64,000 bases of DNA from an uncultured Acidobacteriota bacterium (GCA_963777605.1 CAVZRV010000008.1:416001-480000), one strand, 5' to 3'; shown: positions 30,980-42,229, counted from the stretch's first letter. The notes: generated by a model from the letters alone, not told the origin. Program-made: numbers and translations.

Positions 30980-31943
30980 TGAACCGCCGGTTTAATCCGA
31001 TGCCGCAGCCAGTTCCGATCCATCATCGCACGCAACTCCCTGGGAGACACCTTCCGGGAAGATTGGATAGCCCGCCGTTTTGCCCTGATTTCGCCGATGC
31101 GTCGGACAAAATCCCACTTGGCGCGGATGAAAGACCCGCCCCTTCCTTTGGCCGTAAAGTAGGCCAGGGAGAGGACATTGAAGAAGAGTCGCTCCGGCAG
31201 GTAGCGGAACAGCATTGATCCGGGCATGTTCTTCCAGAAGAGGAACTCCGAGTTGCGGTGCCCGTAATAGACATAAGTGTCACTGTACTGACCGATACTC
31301 TGGTTGACTCGGTGGTGAACGAGGGCGCCGGGAACGTAAAGGCAACGATGACCGAGAAGGCGGGCTCTCATGTTGAGGTCGGAGTCTTCGTAGACCAGGA
31401 AGAAATCGGAGTCGAATCCCCCGACTTCCTCGAGGAGGTCGCGGCGGTAAAGAGCCGCAGCGCCGCAGGGGCCGAAGACTTCTCTCCGCTCGAGGTATTG
31501 GCCGGCATCCCGGCCGTGTCCGATCTTGTATGCGGCTCCCACGACGGCCATCGCATCGCCGGCGCTGTCGATCATCGATGGTCTTCCCGCAAAGACGATC
31601 CTGGAGGCCCAGAACGACCACGGGGGGCAGTCGCCCCAAGAAGGCTGCTGAGCCAGGCCGGGTCGAGTACAAGGTCGTTGTTGAGGAACGCCACCAGGTC
31701 GCTGTCGGTCTCTCTTATTCCGAGATTGCAGGCACCGGCATAGCCCAGGTTTTCGACCGAAGCGATCAGACGAACCCCGGGATAATTCGCCTTGAGATGG
31801 TCGGGGCTTCCGTCGTGGGAAGCGTTGTCGATCACGAGAATGTCGTCAGGCGGTCGCTCCTGACCCAGGAGCGAATCCAGGCAACTGTCGATAAGTCCCT
31901 GGCCGTTGTAGTTGACAATGACCGCAGCGACCGTGGAAGGCAC
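30976..31943 (-). CDS. Glycosyltransferase family 2; -1 frameshift in G6 run at 31622-31627
   Basis: N-half (VIVNYNG, FLNND) and C-half (IDSAGD, YEDSDLNMR) join as APPWSFWASRI if one base is added. Confidence 0.85.
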
Positions 31944-31972
31944 AGCGCGGTATTATAATACGTCGGTTCACA

Positions 31973-33428
31973 ATGAACAGTGATGAGGTGCAGCAAAGCT
32001 CCCTGGTCGAACCAGTCGTCCAGCCCCGATCCTCCGGCTGGTCGAGCAGCCTGTTCTCGAACACCCTCTTCCTGCTGATCGTCGATCTCCTTCTGGGTGG
32101 GCTGGCCTACACCCTGGCCTGGCTGATTCGAATCTATGTTCCTTTTCCACTGACCCTGGATTTGCTACCCCAGGAGCGATGGGACGCCGTCAATCACTTG
32201 TGGGGACTCCTGCTCGTGAGTCAGGGCTTTTTCCTTTACATTTTCGGGATGTACGACGACCTCCGGGTGCTGCGCTACCGGGAGGTGCTCGGCCATATCG
32301 TGACCGCCTGTTTCGGCCAGGTGGTCGTCGTCACTTCGGTCTTCTACCTGACGAACGGGATCTTCCCCCGTTCGGTCATCCTGGTGTTCGGACTGGTCAA
32401 TGTAATTGTGCTGACGGTTTGGCGAGCGTACGTCAAGAGTTGTCTCCACGCCGACACGCTGAGAGTGCTCCTGGTTGCTGAGGACCTCGATTCGGCCGAC
32501 GAGATTGCCCGGGAAATCGATCGCAATCCCTGGATGGGCCTGAAGATCATCGGCCTTGTTACTGCGGCGGACATGGCCGGAGGGAGCCGGGCGGCGGGAT
32601 CGGTACCGGTCCTGGGCAGCCTGGAGGATACTGCCGAGGTCATCGAGGGGCACGGGATCGACGAAGTGATCTTTGCGTCCCGGCACTCCTGGAAAGACCG
32701 GGTCCTGAACTCGCTCAGCCAGTTGCAGCTTGCCCGCCCCCTGCGGATCGCCATCCGCCCGTCGGTTTTCGAAATTGCCATCGGGCGTTTGCGTCACATC
32801 AACATCTATGACACGCCGCTCATTGAAGTGCGTCGAAATCCCAACGAACCTTTGTCGCGTCTTGTCAAACGCTCCTTTGACCTGTTGATCTCGGCGATTC
32901 TTTCTGGTCCTTCTCTTTCCCGTGATTCTGTTGGTTTCCGCGGCTGTCGCCTTGGGTTCTCCCGGCCCGATCTTCTACCTCCAGGATCGTGTCGGGTTGG
33001 GCGGAAAGACGTTTCGGTTGATCAAGTTTCGCACCATGATCCCCGGGGCGGAGACAGCGTCGGAGGAGATCCTGTCAGAGAAGGATGATCCTCGGGTTAC
33101 CCGGATTGGGGCCGTCCTGAGGCGCTTTCGGTTGGACGAAATACCCCAGTTCGTCAACGTTCTGATGGGAGCTATGAGCTTCGTTGGACCGCGGCCCGAG
33201 CGGCCTGGTTTTGTTCGCCAGTTTACCGAGGAACTGCCCGGATACAGCGAGCGGCACAAGGTCAAGCCGGGTATGACCGGGCTTGCCCAGGTGCGTGGTT
33301 TCTACGACACGGCGGCCGAAAATAAGCTTCGTTACGATCTTGCCTACATCTACAACTACAGCTTTTCCCTGGACCTGCTGATCCTGCTCGAGACCATCAA
33401 GGTGATCCTCATCCGCCGGGGAAGCTAG
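31973..33428 (+). CDS. Priming undecaprenyl-phosphate glycosylphosphotransferase (WcaJ/WbaP-like); +1 frameshift near 32902
   Basis: N-terminal TMs, VKRSFDL, KFRTM, DDPRVT, LDEIPQFVNVL.G.MSFVGPRPERP, KPGMTGLAQV. Confidence 0.9.
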
Positions 33429-33465
33429 GAACATTTACGATTTTCTAGTTGCCAAATCACACCCC

Positions 33466-34431
33466 TCAAATCGTAGATCTAAAATATTCCACGACGCTTT
33501 GGATGATTTTGTCGAGGTTCATTTTGGGTTCGTAGCCGATCGTCTTGCGGATCTTGGAGAGGTCGGGAACCCGGCGGGGCATGTCTTCGAAGCCGGTCTC
33601 GTAGGCTTCTTCGTAGGGAACCATCTTGATCGGCGACGCCGAGCTGGTTGCCTGAATGACCCTTTCGGCCAGTCCCAGAATGCTGACCTCTTCGTCGTTG
33701 CCGATGTTGAAGACCTCCCCGGTCACTCCCTGAGTCGTGAGCAACTGGCCGATCGCCCGGACAACATCCGAGACGTGGCCGAAGCAGCGTGACTGGGAGC
33801 CGTCGCCGAACACGGTCAGCGGGTCACCCTTCAGGGCCTGAGACACGAAGTTGGGCAGAACCATCCCATAGCGCCCGGTCTGGCGCGGCCCCACGGTATT
33901 GAACAGCCGAATGACCACCACCGGGAGGCCTTTCTCCCGGCAGTATGCCAGGGCCAGGAACTCGTCGATGGCCTTGCTGCAGGCATAGCTCCAGCGCCCT
34001 TTGTGGGTCGGCCCCAGGACCAGGTCGTCATCTTCGGAAAATGGCACCTTGTCCGACTTGCCGTAGACCTCGGAGGTCGAGAAGACGAATACCTGCTTCT
34101 TCTTCTTGGCCGCCAGCTGCAGGATGATCTCGGTTCCCCGAATATTCGTTTCGATGGTCCGGACCGGGCTTTCCACGATCAGCCTTACTCCGACTGCCGC
34201 CGCCGCGTGAAGGACCACGTCGCACAGGTCGACCAGTTCGGCAGTCGCGGGGACATTCATGATCGAGTCGATGCTGTAATTGAAGCGAGGGTGTTCCTTC
34301 AGGTGCAGAATATTTTCGATGCGGCCGGTCGAAAGGTCATCAACGACATAAACGGTGTGGTCTTGCGCGAGCAGGTGTTCAGCCAGATGCGATCCGATGA
34401 AACCCGCCCCCCCGGTGATCAGAATTCTCAT
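33466..34431 (-). CDS. NAD-dependent nucleotide-sugar epimerase/dehydratase (extended SDR)
   Basis: ITGGAGFIGSHL, STSEVYG, YACSK, RLFNTVGPRQ. Confidence 0.92.
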   Translation of the reverse strand: MRILITGGAGFIGSHLAEHLLAQDHTVYVVDDLSTGRIENILHLKEHPRFNYSIDSIMNVPATAELVDLCDVVLHAAAAVGVRLIVESPVRTIETNIRGTEIILQLAAKKKKQVFVFSTSEVYGKSDKVPFSEDDDLVLGPTHKGRWSYACSKAIDEFLALAYCREKGLPVVVIRLFNTVGPRQTGRYGMVLPNFVSQALKGDPLTVFGDGSQSRCFGHVSDVVRAIGQLLTTQGVTGEVFNIGNDEEVSILGLAERVIQATSSASPIKMVPYEEAYETGFEDMPRRVPDLSKIRKTIGYEPKMNLDKIIQSVVEYFRSTI

Positions 34432-34646
34432 TGGTATCCCCTTTATCGATGCCGCCAGCAAGGATAGACGACATCCCGTTCGTCTGCAAAACGTTGCTCC
34501 GGGGGGCGGGGGACGGCAGATTCAATCGGGTTGTCGACGATGCCCGGAGATTTCGATATTTCGGGGCGGAACCCGAAGGTGGGGAAGGCGGTTTTCGAGC
34601 GCGGTGCTATAATTCGGATTTCATCGATATTAGTCGGGGCTCGTAA

Positions 34647-35636
34647 ATGCTAAGCATATCGGTCGTTATACCCCTCTACAACGAAGAAGAATCGCTTCAG
34701 GAACTCTACGACGAGACGGTTCGTGAATTGGAATTGCTCGACGCCCGATTCGAGATCATTTTTATCGACGATGGCAGCACGGATTCGTCCCACCAGATTC
34801 TGAAAGACCTCCAGGGGAACGACCCGCGGATCTCGATCATTCGCTTCCGGCGTAATTTCGGGAAATCTGCCGCGCTTTCCGCGGGTTTTTCCATTGCGGA
34901 AGGCGAAATCATCATCACCATGGATGCCGATCTTCAAGACCAGCCCAGTGAGATGAACAAGTTGATCGAGGTCCTGGAGTCGGGATACGACCTGGTGTCG
35001 GGTTGGAAGCGGGTCCGCCATGACCCGGTCACGAAGCGATGGCCCTCAAAGGTCTTCAATTTTTTCACCTCGGTCCTGACCGGGGTGCCCCTGCACGACA
35101 TGAACTGCGGGTTCAAGGCTTACCGGAGGGAAGTGGTGGAAGAGATCCGGGTCTATGGCGAGATGCACCGCTACATTCCGGTGCTCGCCAGCTACCGCGG
35201 GTTTCGGGTCGGCGAGGTCGTGGTCGAACACCGCAAGCGCGTCTTCGGACGGAGCAAGTACGGGATGGCCCGGTTTTTCGGCGGCTTTTTCGACCTCCTG
35301 ACGGTGATCATGCTGACCCGCTACAATCGAAAGCCGCTGCACGCGTTCGGGGTGTTCGGCGTGCTCATGCTGTCCCTTGGCTTCGCCGTGGAACTTTACC
35401 TGACGGCCGGCTGGTTCTTCGGACGCTGGATCGGCGATCGCCCGGCCCTGATGTTCGGGGTGTTGCTCGTTATTGTCGGTGCCCAGTTCATCTTTTTCGG
35501 TCTCCTGGCTGAAATGATTGCCTACAGCGCGAGGCGCGAGGAGGATTTCTCGATCAGAAAGGTTATTCGCGGCGAACAGCGGTTAGGGGTATCAGGTGCT
35601 TCGACAGGACAGCAGTCGGTTGGCCGCAATCGGTGA
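34647..35636 (+). CDS. Polyprenol-phosphate glycosyltransferase (ArnC/GtrB-like GT2)
   Basis: PLYNEEES, DDGSTD, RNFGKSAAL, MDADLQD, DMNCGFKAYR, two C-terminal TMs. Confidence 0.9.
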   Translation: MLSISVVIPLYNEEESLQELYDETVRELELLDARFEIIFIDDGSTDSSHQILKDLQGNDPRISIIRFRRNFGKSAALSAGFSIAEGEIIITMDADLQDQPSEMNKLIEVLESGYDLVSGWKRVRHDPVTKRWPSKVFNFFTSVLTGVPLHDMNCGFKAYRREVVEEIRVYGEMHRYIPVLASYRGFRVGEVVVEHRKRVFGRSKYGMARFFGGFFDLLTVIMLTRYNRKPLHAFGVFGVLMLSLGFAVELYLTAGWFFGRWIGDRPALMFGVLLVIVGAQFIFFGLLAEMIAYSARREEDFSIRKVIRGEQRLGVSGASTGQQSVGRNR

Positions 35637-35710
35637 CATCCCTGCTCGGAATCCCGGACGGGGAGGCTCGGGGTATCTCGTTCCGGCAACTCGTGTGGCA
35701 TGATGAGGCG

Positions 35711-36886
35711 ATGAGGATCGTTCTGGTCGGCCCGGCGCACCCCCATCGAGGGGGCATCGCCCACTACACGGCATCGCTGTTCAAGTCGCTGCAGTCGGCC
35801 GGGCACTCTGTGACGCTGATCTCATTCAGCCGGCAATACCCCGGCGTCTTCTTCCCGGGGCGGACCCAGAACGACGAGAGCGGTGTCCCGCTCCAGGTGG
35901 AGTGTGAACCGCTGCTCGACTCGATTTCGCCGCAGTCCTGGAAGCGGGTCACGGACCGGATTTGCGAGATCGAGCCGGACGCGGTCGTTTTTCAATGGTG
36001 GCAACCGTTCTTCTCCCTCGCCTACCGTTCGATCGTTCGACGGTTGAAACGGCGTCGGAAGACGCCGGCACTGTTTCTCTGTCACAACATCCTTTCCCAT
36101 CCCGAGGCGGTGATTCCCGGCCGGGAGAGTATCGAACTCCTCTTGACCCGCCTGGCATTTCGTAGTGCCGACGGGTTCCTGGTCCATGCGGACCAGATGA
36201 TTCCGGCGGTCAGGCGTTTGAATCCCGGCGGACTGATCCGAAAGATTTACCACCCGCTCTACGATTTCTACGGGAAGTGGGACACCTGCCCGAATGATCT
36301 CCTGGCGTCGCCTTCGGGCGAACCGACACTCCTCTTTTTCGGAACGATCCGCCGCTACAAGGGGTTGAAGACCCTCCTGGAGGGTTTGGCGGTTCTCCGG
36401 AAATCGATGCGATTCAAAGCCGTGATTGCCGGGGAATTTTATGTTGACCCTGCCCCCTATTATCGACTCGCGCAGCGCCTCGGCTTGGACGACTTCCTGG
36501 TCTGGAAGGACCACTACATTCCGAACGAGGAGGTCCCGGCGCTGTTCAGGGCTGCGGACCTGGTAGTCCTGCCCTATCGAGAGGCGACTCAGAGTGGGGT
36601 GGTGTCGGTCGCCTACCAGTTTGAGGTCCCGGTCGTTGCGACCCAGGTGGGAGGGCTTGCGGAAGTCGTTCGTCAGGGAGAAACCGGTTACCTGGTTCCC
36701 CCCGACGATCCGGATGCTCTTGCTGGAAAGATCCGGCAATACTTCTCCGAAAACAGAAAGGCGGAATTTCGCCGAAATATCGTCTCCTTTCGTGAACGCC
36801 TTACCTGGGGACAGGTCGTTTCTTCGATCGAGGATCTGGTTCTCGAGCTGAACAACCCGGAAGATAACCATGGCACGAACCGCTAG
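35711..36886 (+). CDS. Glycosyltransferase family 4
   Basis: GPAHPHRGGIAHY, FFGTIRRYKG, LPYREATQSGV. Confidence 0.9.
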   Translation: MRIVLVGPAHPHRGGIAHYTASLFKSLQSAGHSVTLISFSRQYPGVFFPGRTQNDESGVPLQVECEPLLDSISPQSWKRVTDRICEIEPDAVVFQWWQPFFSLAYRSIVRRLKRRRKTPALFLCHNILSHPEAVIPGRESIELLLTRLAFRSADGFLVHADQMIPAVRRLNPGGLIRKIYHPLYDFYGKWDTCPNDLLASPSGEPTLLFFGTIRRYKGLKTLLEGLAVLRKSMRFKAVIAGEFYVDPAPYYRLAQRLGLDDFLVWKDHYIPNEEVPALFRAADLVVLPYREATQSGVVSVAYQFEVPVVATQVGGLAEVVRQGETGYLVPPDDPDALAGKIRQYFSENRKAEFRRNIVSFRERLTWGQVVSSIEDLVLELNNPEDNHGTNR

Positions 36887-39037
36887 AACATCCAGGTCGG
36901 CGCGGAAGCAATCACCCGTCGTGTTGAGTCCGAATTACTGGGTGGCTGCCGGCCTGGCTTTCCTCTCGGTGTTGCTCTACGTCAACACCCTGGGCAACGA
37001 CTTTGTCTTTGACGACGTAACCCTGATTTTGCAGAACCCCCAAATCCGAGGTCTCGACTGGTGGGGGATCGTGTTTGACTCCGGGTACCGGCCGGTACGG
37101 ACGCTGACCTATGCACTCAACTTCCTGATGGGGGAGAGAACCCGTTCGGATACCACTTGTTCAGCATTCTGCTGCACGCCGCAAACGTCTTTGTGCTGTA
37201 CCGGTTGCTGTGGTGGCTTACGGCCGGTTCGGGGTTTGCAACCGGCCTTGCGACCCTCTTCTTCGCGATTCATCCGGTTCAGACGGCTGCAGTTGCCTAT
37301 ATCTCCGGGCGCAAGGACCTGCTTGCCGCCCTTTTCATGATGCTCGCGCTGCTCTGTTACCGATCCTACCGGGAACATGCGGGAAAGGCCTACCTGCCCG
37401 CGGTGGCAGCGGCCGGCTGCTTCTTTCTCGCCCTCTTTTCGAAGGAAGTTGCCATTGTCTTTCCCGTCCTGCTGCTCCTCGTGGACGCGCTCAGAGAGGG
37501 GGACCGGGAGGTGCGGGAATCCCGGGAGCGAGTTCCGCTCTGGAGGGCAGCGATACGCGCCGTGAAGTCTGCGCCGATTCTCTACGCGGTTTTCGCCCTG
37601 CTCGCGGCGGTGGGACTTGCCTACGCGCTGTTCGTTGCCAAGGCAAGCCGGATGGAGGGGTACTGGGGGGGAACCCTGGGTGCCGATCTGGGAACCGGTT
37701 TCAAGCTCTTCGTCCACTACGTGAAGATGGTGCTCTTCCCCTATCCGCTCCTTGCCGACTATCTCGGCGGTGTTTTCCCGGTTTCGACCGGATTGCTGGA
37801 GCCGGCCACGCTGGCATCCGGCCTCGGAATGATCGCCTTTGGAGTCGTTGCGGTATGGCTTTTTCGGAAGCTGCCCCTGGTGTCGGTCGGGATGCTCTGG
37901 TTTGGTGCGGCCATCGCGCCCGTGCTCCAGTTCATTCCGTTTCATGAGCTCGCTGCGGATCACTTCCTGTATGTCCCGATGATCGGAGCTTCCCTGGTGC
38001 TTTCGGGCTTTCTCCTTCACCTGAAACGGAACCAGGCAGCAAGAACGGCGGCAATGGTCGTCATCCTTGCGCTGTCGTGCGTGTTCGGTGTGATGGTCAT
38101 CGACCGCAACGGGGACTGGAAGGACAAGCAGACGCTCTGGGAAGCGACCTTGCGGAAGGCTCCCGCATCTTACCGGGCTAACGCTAATTTGGGACAGGTG
38201 TATTTCAATGCCGGTCGTTTCGAGGAGGGAATCCGGCTGACTCGCAAGAGCGCCGAACTCTCCCCTGATCGCGCACTTCCCTACAGCAACCTGGGGGCCA
38301 TGTACTACACGATGGCTCAACACGCCCGGCAGTCGGGAGACATGGCCCGGGCGGAGCAGCTCCAGTTCGAAGCCCAGGACTTCTTCAACAAGGCCCTGGA
38401 ACTGGAAGACAACAACCCGTTTACTTACAGCAACCTGGGCAACACCTACAAGGAACTCGCGTTGATCCTGGACGGCCGCGGCCGCAACGAGCAGGCGGCA
38501 GAATCCCGGCGCCAGGCCGCCGACCTGTACCGCAAGGCGCTGGCACTTCCCGATCGACGCCTTGACGTGCAGCGGATCTGGTACAACTTCGGCCTGCTTT
38601 ACGTGGATGCCGGCTCCTATGCGGAAGGCCTTGATTACCTGCGTCGTTACGTGTCCCAGTTTCCTGCGGAACCCGGGGGCAACTATTGGATGGGATACAC
38701 GCTGTCGAAACTCGGTCGTTACGATCGGGCAATACCTCTGTTCAAGAGAGCGCTGCAATCAAAGGCGACCGTCGAGAGCTGGCAGCAGTTGGCCCAGGCC
38801 TACCAGGAGTCGGGCCGGTATCCGGAGGCAGCCCAGGCCTACCGGCAATTGGTCAGCCTCTCGCCGACCGCGCAGAACTTTTATAATCTGGGGCAGTCGC
38901 TTCTTCGGGCCGGACAGAATTCCCCGGCCAGGGCCGCCTTTGAAAAGGTCCTCGAGTTGGACCCGTGGGGCGAATGGGGGACCAGGAGTCGCAGTGCCCT
39001 GAGCCGGACAGGAGTCACGGTGAAGCGGGTCAACTAA
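36870..39037 (+). CDS. TMTC-like GT-C membrane glycosyltransferase with C-terminal TPR array; -1 frameshift in G run at ~37130-37134
   Basis: FVFDD..LI..NP, YRPV..LTYALN, HL.SILLH, FAIHPVQTAAVAYISGRKDLL, ALFSKE, ADHFLYVP, RNGDW...LW, many TPRs; halves join as MGGENPFGYH. Confidence 0.8.
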
Positions 39038-39085
39038 ACGTTTTGATGGCGATCGTGGCAGTGATGGCGAAGTTGAGTGGTCTGA

Positions 39086-39799
39086 ATGTACAAGGGTAAC
39101 GAAATTACCGTTGTGATCCCCTGTCTGAATGAAGCACAGGGCATCGGGAAAGTACTCTCCCGGATTCCGGATTTCGTCGACGAAGTAATCGTCGTGGACA
39201 ACGACTCAACCGACGGGACAGCGGATATCGCCCGGCAGCTGGGTGCCCGGGTGATCCACGAGAATGTTCGCGGATACGGCCGGGCCTACAAGACCGGCCT
39301 GTTTCATGCAAAAGGGGACATCATTGTGACGCTCGACGGGGACCACTCCTATCCCGTCGATGCCCTGTCCTACCTCGTTGAAGCGCTACTCCATTCGCGA
39401 GTGGGGTTCGTTTCTGCCTCCCGATTTCCGATCACCGACCCCGAGTCCATGTCGCGGATCAACCTCTGGGGTAACCGCCTGCTCAGTCTCGCGACCTCGA
39501 TGCTCTTCCTGCGCTGGGTGAGGGATTCACAGTCAGGGATGTGGATATTCTTCAAGGATACGCTCTCGAAAATGGACCTGGTGAGCGACGGGATGGCCTT
39601 CTCGGAAGAAATCAAGCTCGAGGCCATGCTCAAACCCGACATCGGTTTCAGGGAAATCCCGATTCGTTACTCCAACCGTGCCGGGGAGAAGAAGTTGCGG
39701 CCCTGGCGAGACGGGTGGCGCAACTTGCTCTTTCTCTTCCGTAAACGGCTGCAGGGCAGCCGGCGGCGGGGCGTTCAAACCCAGACCCTGGAGAGGTGA
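39086..39799 (+). CDS. DPM1-like polyprenol-phosphate sugar synthase (GT2)
   Basis: PCLNEA, VDNDSTDGT, GYGRAY, LDGDHSY, ASRF, DSQSGM, Y..R.GEKK. Confidence 0.85.
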   Translation: MYKGNEITVVIPCLNEAQGIGKVLSRIPDFVDEVIVVDNDSTDGTADIARQLGARVIHENVRGYGRAYKTGLFHAKGDIIVTLDGDHSYPVDALSYLVEALLHSRVGFVSASRFPITDPESMSRINLWGNRLLSLATSMLFLRWVRDSQSGMWIFFKDTLSKMDLVSDGMAFSEEIKLEAMLKPDIGFREIPIRYSNRAGEKKLRPWRDGWRNLLFLFRKRLQGSRRRGVQTQTLER

Positions 39800-40758
39800 A
39801 TTCGATGATTTGTCCGGTCTGTGAGCATCCTGACTGCCGCCAGCTTTGGGCACTGGGAGATCGTTTCTTCGGAACCACCGAGGAGACCTTTCCTCTTTTC
39901 GAGTGCACCGGGTGCGGGCTGCTATTCCAGGACGCTTCAGCCGTCCTGTCGAGGCTGCCGAGCTTTTATCCCGAGGGCTATTGGTGGCGCCCGGGAACCG
40001 GAATAGGGGCCCAGTTCGAGCGCCGCTATCGGGAGTGGATGGTGAAGCACGATCACGTCCGGACCATCCGCCACTGGTTTCCCGCTTCGAACGCGTTTTC
40101 ACTGCTGGATATTGGATGCGGTACCGGCCTCTTCGTCTCTCTTGCCGGGAGGGAAGGATTCCAGGCCGCCGGATTGGAGAGTTCCCCGGAGGCTGTCCGG
40201 GTCGCCCACGACGGCGGAGTCGACTCGGTAACCTGTGGTGACGAAAACCTGCTGATCGAGCAGGGTCGTCAGTTCGACCTGATCACGCTGTTCCATGTCC
40301 TGGAACATGTCCCGGAGCCGTTCAAATATCTCCGTAGAATCCAGAAACTGCTCAGGAAGCCGGGACACCTGGTCGTCCAGGTACCGAACCGGTCGAGCTA
40401 TCAGGCACGGCTGTTCGGCCGGCGGTGGTACGGCCTGGATTGCCCCCGTCACCTGAACAATTTCACCGAGTACGCTCTGCTGGCGGTGCTGGGGCGGGCC
40501 GGCTTCAGAATCCGGCGGGTTCGGCGCTATTCGCTCCGGGACAACGCCGCGGCAATGGTCTCCAGCCTGGTTCCGGCCCTCGACCCGATGTCGTCGCGGA
40601 TTCTCGCTCGGGCGCGAAACGGCAGGGACCCGTCCCTTCAGCTTCTACGAGGGGGAGTCTACTTCGGACTCGTCCAGTTCGCACAACCCCTGGCCTGGCT
40701 CGAAGCTAAGCTCGGCCGGGGCGGGACAATCATGGTGCATGCCACCTGGGACGCTTAG
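39796..40758 (+). CDS. Class I SAM methyltransferase with N-terminal Cys (Zn-ribbon) motif
   Basis: CPVC...CTGCG, LLDIGCGTG, FHVLEH, PRHL. Confidence 0.88.
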   Translation: MNSMICPVCEHPDCRQLWALGDRFFGTTEETFPLFECTGCGLLFQDASAVLSRLPSFYPEGYWWRPGTGIGAQFERRYREWMVKHDHVRTIRHWFPASNAFSLLDIGCGTGLFVSLAGREGFQAAGLESSPEAVRVAHDGGVDSVTCGDENLLIEQGRQFDLITLFHVLEHVPEPFKYLRRIQKLLRKPGHLVVQVPNRSSYQARLFGRRWYGLDCPRHLNNFTEYALLAVLGRAGFRIRRVRRYSLRDNAAAMVSSLVPALDPMSSRILARARNGRDPSLQLLRGGVYFGLVQFAQPLAWLEAKLGRGGTIMVHATWDA

Positions 40759-40769
40759 GAAGTCGGCAC

Positions 40770-41798
40770 ATGAATGGTGAGGGGCTGGTCTCCGTCCTGA
40801 TCGTCAATCATGACCGGGCTGATCTCCTCCGGGAGTGTATAAACTCGGTGCTGCTCCAGGACTACCCTGCGATCGAGGTGGTCGTGGTGGACAACGGCTC
40901 GACCGACGGCAGCCGCGACGTCGTTCGGCGACTGAAGGATCCCCGGGTTCACCTGGTTGAGCTGCCCCGAAATTTCGGCTTTGCAGGTGGCTGCAACCGT
41001 GGATTTCGGGAGTGCAGCGGGGACTGGGTTGCGCTGATCAACAACGACGCGATTGCCGAACCGGACTGGATTTCGTCGATGCTTGCCACCCTGAAGAAAC
41101 ATCCCCGCGCGGGGATGTGTGCGAGCCGAATCCTCTTCTACCAGAGCGAGGTCATCGACAAGGCCGGCCACCTGATTTTCTGGGACGGGCAGAACCGGGG
41201 TCGGGGAACCGGGGAAACCGATTCGGAGGCGTTTGGGAGGGAGGAAGAAGCGCTCTTCCCGGACGGTTGCGCCGCCATCTACCGGCGGGAACTGATTTCC
41301 CAGGTGGAGGGGTTCGACGAAGACTTTTTCGCCTATGCCGACGATGCTGATCTCGGGCTGCGTGCCCGGCTCCTGGGCTGGGAGTGCGTCTATTGTCCCG
41401 GCGCCCTCGTCTATCACCGCCATTCGGCGACCTCGGGGAGGTTCTCTCCGGAGAAGATCTACCTGGTCGAGCGCAACCGCGCCTGGCTGGCGATCAAGAC
41501 CTTTCCCTGGGTGCTGCTTCTCGCCAACCCGTTCTTCACTGTCTATCGGTGGGCCTGGAACCTGGCCGCCTTTTCCTCCGGCCGGGGGGCCGCCGGCAAC
41601 TTTCGGAGGGAGCGTTCGGCCTGGGTGCTGGCGGGGGCGATCCTGCGAGCCTTCCGGGACGGTCTGCTGGGACTGCCGAAAATGCTGGCGAAGCGACGAA
41701 AGATCAGGCGCCGCCGGGTCCTCTCCGACCGCGACTTCATCCGCCTCCTCTGGCGCTACCGAATCACCGCCCGAACGCTGGCCTGGAAGGACTTCTGA
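40770..41798 (+). CDS. Glycosyltransferase family 2
   Basis: SVLIVN, DNGSTDGS, NFGFAGGCNRG, LINND, FAYADDADLG. Confidence 0.9.
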   Translation: MNGEGLVSVLIVNHDRADLLRECINSVLLQDYPAIEVVVVDNGSTDGSRDVVRRLKDPRVHLVELPRNFGFAGGCNRGFRECSGDWVALINNDAIAEPDWISSMLATLKKHPRAGMCASRILFYQSEVIDKAGHLIFWDGQNRGRGTGETDSEAFGREEEALFPDGCAAIYRRELISQVEGFDEDFFAYADDADLGLRARLLGWECVYCPGALVYHRHSATSGRFSPEKIYLVERNRAWLAIKTFPWVLLLANPFFTVYRWAWNLAAFSSGRGAAGNFRRERSAWVLAGAILRAFRDGLLGLPKMLAKRRKIRRRRVLSDRDFIRLLWRYRITARTLAWKDF

Positions 41799-41844
41799 CC
41801 AGTTGGCGGCAACAGGCCGAATCGCGTAAAATGAGGCATCGCGA

Positions 41845-41920
<76 letters not shown>

Positions 41921-42229
41921 GTGAAATCAGTGTGTTACGAGAATCGTGCTGCGCGGTATTGTCTGCTCCGGCTTCTTGGGTAACAGATGGGCAGCAAGTA
42001 ATCGCCTCGTGACTCTTCCGGCGAATCAGGTCGTTCACTTCAACCTCTGAGCGATCGCTGCACCCAGGTTTCTTTTCACTCCCAGTCCGAGTTTGCCACG
42101 TATTTCGTGCGGCTCAAGCAAATCCAAGAGAAGACCAATCGAAGGCTTCCCCACTGTGCCGGTTTAATGAGAACTGGATTTTTGCCGATAAATTCTTTGG
42201 ATTGTAAAGCTACCGAAAGGACCATTCAG

